This document shows, piece after piece, positions 60,093 through 64,000 of a stretch of 64,000 nucleotides of DNA. The notes below the pieces were generated by a model that had not been told where the DNA came from, made no database searches, and saw nothing but the letters and a program-made list of their open reading frames with translations. The translations under genes were made by a program, and so were the position numbers. How positions within the stretch are numbered: the first letter of the stretch is position 1; each line of letters starts with the position of its first letter. The DNA is taken from assembly GCA_963699755.1 (NCBI GenBank), contig CAVOVB010000005.1, positions 32,001 to 96,000 of the forward strand, written 5' to 3'. This DNA comes from an uncultured delta proteobacterium. Lineage in GTDB: Bacteria; Myxococcota_A; Polyangia; Polyangiales; Houyiibacteriaceae.

Positions 60093-61946
60093 ATGACCGT
60101 GCTTGCGTCCATCACCACGCCTCCCTTCGAAGGTCACGAACGACTCGTTCTTCGGCGCATCGAAGGCGTCCTTGGTCGGCACCCCTACATGCGCGCTGAC
60201 CTCGGCGAGGGCGGACCGCTCGCAACAGAGCTCGAGGGCGTCATGAGCACGAGGCTGGCGCTGCTGCACACCGAAGGCGCTTCGGATGCTGCCCCGCTCC
60301 TTGCCAAGCTTCGAGCTTGGGAAGCACAGCTTGCCGAGGCCGTGCTCGACGAAGAGGGCTCGGAAGACGCCCGACTTCACTATGAGACGATGCTCTTGCT
60401 CCATCCCGAGCCGCTGTCCCCGGAAGAGAGCCCCGCAACGGCCGCAAACGTCGCGAACATCACAGCCCAATGGGAGGAGCTGCGTGCACGCCGGTCGCTT
60501 CAGTCGATCGTCGCCGAGAAGGCGCGGCAAACCCGCGATTTCGTCCGCCACGGGGCGGTGCTTCCCATCTACTGGCTGAGGCGTCGCAGGATTCGCAAGC
60601 TCCTTCCCGCCGTAGTGATGGACATCCCGGGGCTTCGCGAAACTTTCTTTGCGATCGAGCAGATCGGTCCGCTCGTCGACAACTTCGCATTCAAAGGCGC
60701 GGCTGCCGCTCCGATCTCGACCACGGTTGCAATCGCCGACGTCGCCTTCCTCTACATGCAGCTCGCCGACGAGTTTCTCGACGAGCTCGCGGCTGCAGTT
60801 GGCGGACACGATGCTGCAGGGAGGCTCCTGCAATCGATCTACCGCGACGACACTTCGGAGCGACCACTTCACCATCTCTCGCTCACCCACCTTCGCAAGC
60901 TCGGCATCTGGCCGGACGCGCATACGACCAAGTTCGGGATCACATTGTCCGAGCTATTCGATGCACTCGAGCAAATTGCCGCGACGATCGACACCCTGCT
61001 AGCCGATTCGGATGGGGACCGCGTGCATGCAACGAATCTCTTCTTGCACCACTGCTTCCAGACGTACCTCGATGAAGCGGAGCTTTGCGAGAGTGCTCGC
61101 GGACGTCGCGCAGACCGGCTGCGACTGAAGGACACTGCCTGGCATTTCTATCGCAAGAACAACATGGTCATGATGCTTTGGCTCGACCTTCGGGCTCGCC
61201 TGCTCGGTCTCGAGCCTGCCAAATACACCGACGTGATTCGTCGCTGGGGCTATCTTCTGGCGTCGTTTCAGATCTTCGATGACCTCAAGGACATCGCGCT
61301 CGACCTCGGAAAGCAGCCGAGCTACCCCCTGCAGATCGCGGCCAACGACTTCCCTCTGGAGTTGGCATGGCTCGAGGAGCGGTTCGGCGAACGGCGCGTG
61401 CCAATCTCGCGCGACGAGGTCCCCGAAGTGACGCTCCGGGCGAGCGGAACGGTCCAGCAGTGCATGCGATGGAGTCGCCTCATCGCACTCGCGAACTTCG
61501 ATAACGCCCTGCTCTATGCTTGGGATCAGCGCTGGCGGAAGAGTTGGACGAGGCGCCGGAGCTCGTTCAACCCGACGGGCAGCGAGACCGGCAGGACGCG
61601 AGGGCACGCGGTCGATCGCCTGGTTCGTGCGCTCCTGGCCACCCGGGGTCCGGATCTGAGCACGGCGGTCGGAGACGAGCAGCTCGCGTTCGCCTTAGAT
61701 GCAAGCGCCTACGAAGGCTCCTGGCAAATCTACTTGGCGCTGTTCCCAGACATTCGTGCCATCTATCGCTTCGCAACGCTCAGAATGTGGATGAGCGCGG
61801 AAGAAAAAGCGCGCGCCGCCCGGAAGCTTCTCCGCCGCTATCCTCGCGCGCGCGCGAACGCGTTAGTCTGCCTGGCCGAGGCTGATGTCGACCATCAGGT
61901 CAGCAGCGATCGCCTCGAGGCTTTCTCGAAGCTGATCGAGGTCTAG
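60093..61946 (+). CDS. hypothetical all-helical protein with isoprenoid-synthase-like acidic motifs
   Basis: YMQLADEFLDE, FYRKNN, FQIFDDLKD. Confidence 0.7.
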   Translation: MTVLASITTPPFEGHERLVLRRIEGVLGRHPYMRADLGEGGPLATELEGVMSTRLALLHTEGASDAAPLLAKLRAWEAQLAEAVLDEEGSEDARLHYETMLLLHPEPLSPEESPATAANVANITAQWEELRARRSLQSIVAEKARQTRDFVRHGAVLPIYWLRRRRIRKLLPAVVMDIPGLRETFFAIEQIGPLVDNFAFKGAAAAPISTTVAIADVAFLYMQLADEFLDELAAAVGGHDAAGRLLQSIYRDDTSERPLHHLSLTHLRKLGIWPDAHTTKFGITLSELFDALEQIAATIDTLLADSDGDRVHATNLFLHHCFQTYLDEAELCESARGRRADRLRLKDTAWHFYRKNNMVMMLWLDLRARLLGLEPAKYTDVIRRWGYLLASFQIFDDLKDIALDLGKQPSYPLQIAANDFPLELAWLEERFGERRVPISRDEVPEVTLRASGTVQQCMRWSRLIALANFDNALLYAWDQRWRKSWTRRRSSFNPTGSETGRTRGHAVDRLVRALLATRGPDLSTAVGDEQLAFALDASAYEGSWQIYLALFPDIRAIYRFATLRMWMSAEEKARAARKLLRRYPRARANALVCLAEADVDHQVSSDRLEAFSKLIEV

Positions 61947-62381
61947 GCCCCTCGGAGCCCGAAGCCGGGCCGTCGCCTTGAACAAGGTGTCGCCCGACCA
62001 GGGAGCGCCTTCACATTCGGTGTTGAGCTCTTCGACGTTGACGCCGCGCACGGCCAGCGCCTCCGAGATCTTGTGAACGATGCCCGGTCGATCACTGCCG
62101 ACGAGCTCGAGGACGACTACATGCCCCTCCTCGACCGCGTCCTCGACGCCGCGCTCGACCACGACGCGAAGCCCATACGCACGGAGCGCCTCCAGCGCCT
62201 CCGACAAGGCGCCCGCCTCTGCCGCGGGCACGCTCACGCGCAGTATCCCGGCGAACTCGCCCGCCAAGCGGGACATCCGGCTCTCCACCCAGCTGCCGCC
62301 GTGGGCCTCGACCGCAGCGGACACCGACTCAACCAGCCCGGGCCGGTCCTTCCCGATCACGGTAACGACGAGCGACTCCAT
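61863..62381 (-). CDS. GcvR-like tandem ACT-domain protein
   Basis: IGKDRPGLV...SRMSRLAGEFA...VGSDRPGIV; 84-bp convergent overlap with neighbour. Confidence 0.88.
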   Translation of the reverse strand: MESLVVTVIGKDRPGLVESVSAAVEAHGGSWVESRMSRLAGEFAGILRVSVPAAEAGALSEALEALRAYGLRVVVERGVEDAVEEGHVVVLELVGSDRPGIVHKISEALAVRGVNVEELNTECEGAPWSGDTLFKATARLRAPRGLDLDQLRESLEAIAADLMVDISLGQAD

Positions 62382-62523
62382 AAGGGACAGGCTCCATACC
62401 CGTAATCACCCGACATTCCAAGACTTTTCAGCCGAAGATGGGAGCGGCTCCGCAACGAGGCTGCGATCTTTGCCTTAGAAGCGACTAGATCTCGGGCAGT
62501 TAGAAGCCTAGAGCCTATCCCCT

Positions 62524-63666
62524 ATGTTCGCAAAGCGTACTCAGGAGGTGGAGCCGTTCCTGGCGATGGAGGTCATGGAGCGGGGGATGGCGATGGCGCG
62601 GGCTGGGACCTCGATCGTTCAGCTCGGGGTTGGGGAGCCGAACTTCGACGCGCCACCGGCTGCGGTGCAGGCAGCCGTCGACTCACTAGTGTCGGGGGAG
62701 ACGCACTACACCGACAGCCGGGGCTTGTTCGTCCTGCGCGAGGCGATTGCCCAGGATTCCAAGAAGCGTCGCGGCGTTGCGGTCGACCCCGACCACGTCA
62801 TCGTAACCAGTGGAACTTCGCCTGCGATTCTCCTCTGTCTGAACCTCTTGGTCGACCCTGGCGACGAGGTGATTCTCGCGACGCCCCACTACCCTTGCTA
62901 CCCGAACATGATCTCGGTTTGCGGCGGCAAGCCGGTGCTCGTACCCACCGGTCCCGAAGACGGCTTCGTGATGGATGTTGCCAAAGTCCGCGCGGCGATC
63001 ACGCCGAGGACACGCGCAATCTTCCTCGCGTCGCCCGCCAATCCGACGGGCGCGGTGCAGCCCCGGGAGGTCGTCGAGGAGCTGAGCCAAGTCGGCATCC
63101 CGATTCTCTCGGACGAAATCTACGATGGGCTCACCTATGACGGCGCACAGGTGGCCTCCCCGCTGCGTTTCACCGAAAACTGCTACGTCCTCGATGGCTT
63201 CTCCAAGCGCTACGCGATGACCGGATTCCGCCTCGGCTATCTCATCGCCCCCGAAATCGCGATGCGACCCCTCCAAAGCTTGATGCAGAGCTTCTTCATC
63301 TCGACGTCCCAATTCGTGCAACAAGCGGGCATTGCGGCGCTGGCGCACGGCGCAGAGCACGTCGAGCACATGCGCCAGCAATACGCGATTCGACGGCGAA
63401 TCCTAGTCGACGGTCTCCGGGAGATGGGGCTTTCGATCCCCATCGATCCGCCAGGCGCGTTCTACGTTCTGGTCGACATGCGCCACTTCGAGCGCGATTC
63501 ACTGACCCTGGCGTTCGACATTCTCGAAAAGGCCCACGTTGCGCTCGGGCCGGGTCGCGACTTCGGAGAAGCCGCGGAGGGCTTCGTCCGGTTCAGCTTC
63601 GCGACGTCGCAGGAGCAAATCGAAGAAGGCTTGCGCCGACTGGCCCGCGCCATCCCCGAGCTCTGA
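62524..63666 (+). CDS. PLP-dependent aminotransferase class I/II
   Basis: GVGEPNF, SPANPTG, SDEIY, GFSKRYAMTGFRLG. Confidence 0.95.
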   Translation: MFAKRTQEVEPFLAMEVMERGMAMARAGTSIVQLGVGEPNFDAPPAAVQAAVDSLVSGETHYTDSRGLFVLREAIAQDSKKRRGVAVDPDHVIVTSGTSPAILLCLNLLVDPGDEVILATPHYPCYPNMISVCGGKPVLVPTGPEDGFVMDVAKVRAAITPRTRAIFLASPANPTGAVQPREVVEELSQVGIPILSDEIYDGLTYDGAQVASPLRFTENCYVLDGFSKRYAMTGFRLGYLIAPEIAMRPLQSLMQSFFISTSQFVQQAGIAALAHGAEHVEHMRQQYAIRRRILVDGLREMGLSIPIDPPGAFYVLVDMRHFERDSLTLAFDILEKAHVALGPGRDFGEAAEGFVRFSFATSQEQIEEGLRRLARAIPEL

Positions 63667-63669
63667 CAC

Positions 63670-64000
<331 letters not shown>

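Noticed and set aside
61863..61946. 84-bp convergent gene overlap as a regulatory system
   Set aside because: Tail-to-tail overlaps are common in GC-rich genomes; no further evidence

Overview
GC-rich bacterial DNA, most likely from a Myxococcota (Polyangia-like) genome. This is an inference from the Gly-rich lipoprotein linkers, myxobacterial Cys-rich repeats, a MYXO-CTERM-like tail and a CarF homologue. All family calls are by-eye motif recognition; no searches were run. Bases 1-48.8k are a decaying accessory region: intact genes (nhaA, cls, tal-pgi-gnd, pgl, MscS, radical SAM, surface lipoproteins) are interleaved with more than 15 truncated or deletion-fused remnants (cydB/mscS, GH63, tkt, Cof-HAD, rpiA-gntK, corA, rtcA, a TA pair, an IS110-family element, dabA, relaxase, integrase). 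Bases 50.1-64k look like core genome (L,D-transpeptidase, sigma-like/kinase fusion, acyl-CoA synthetase, GcvR-like, aminotransferase, ligA). Highlights: (1) a ~1.05 kb non-coding, helix- and GNRA-rich minus-strand locus (48866-49930) with two boxA-like motifs, upstream DnaA boxes and a terminator, a candidate undescribed giant structured RNA; (2) a translationally coupled CarF/TMEM189 - FolE - SUOX-fold/cytochrome c - membrane protein operon beside a CarH-like B12 regulator; (3) two matching 11-bp-period operator-like sites, one upstream of that regulator and one upstream of a DUF4397 lipoprotein; (4) a 27-33-27 bp repeat-spacer-repeat insertion in a relaxase; (5) a 104-bp dispersed element with compensatory stem changes.
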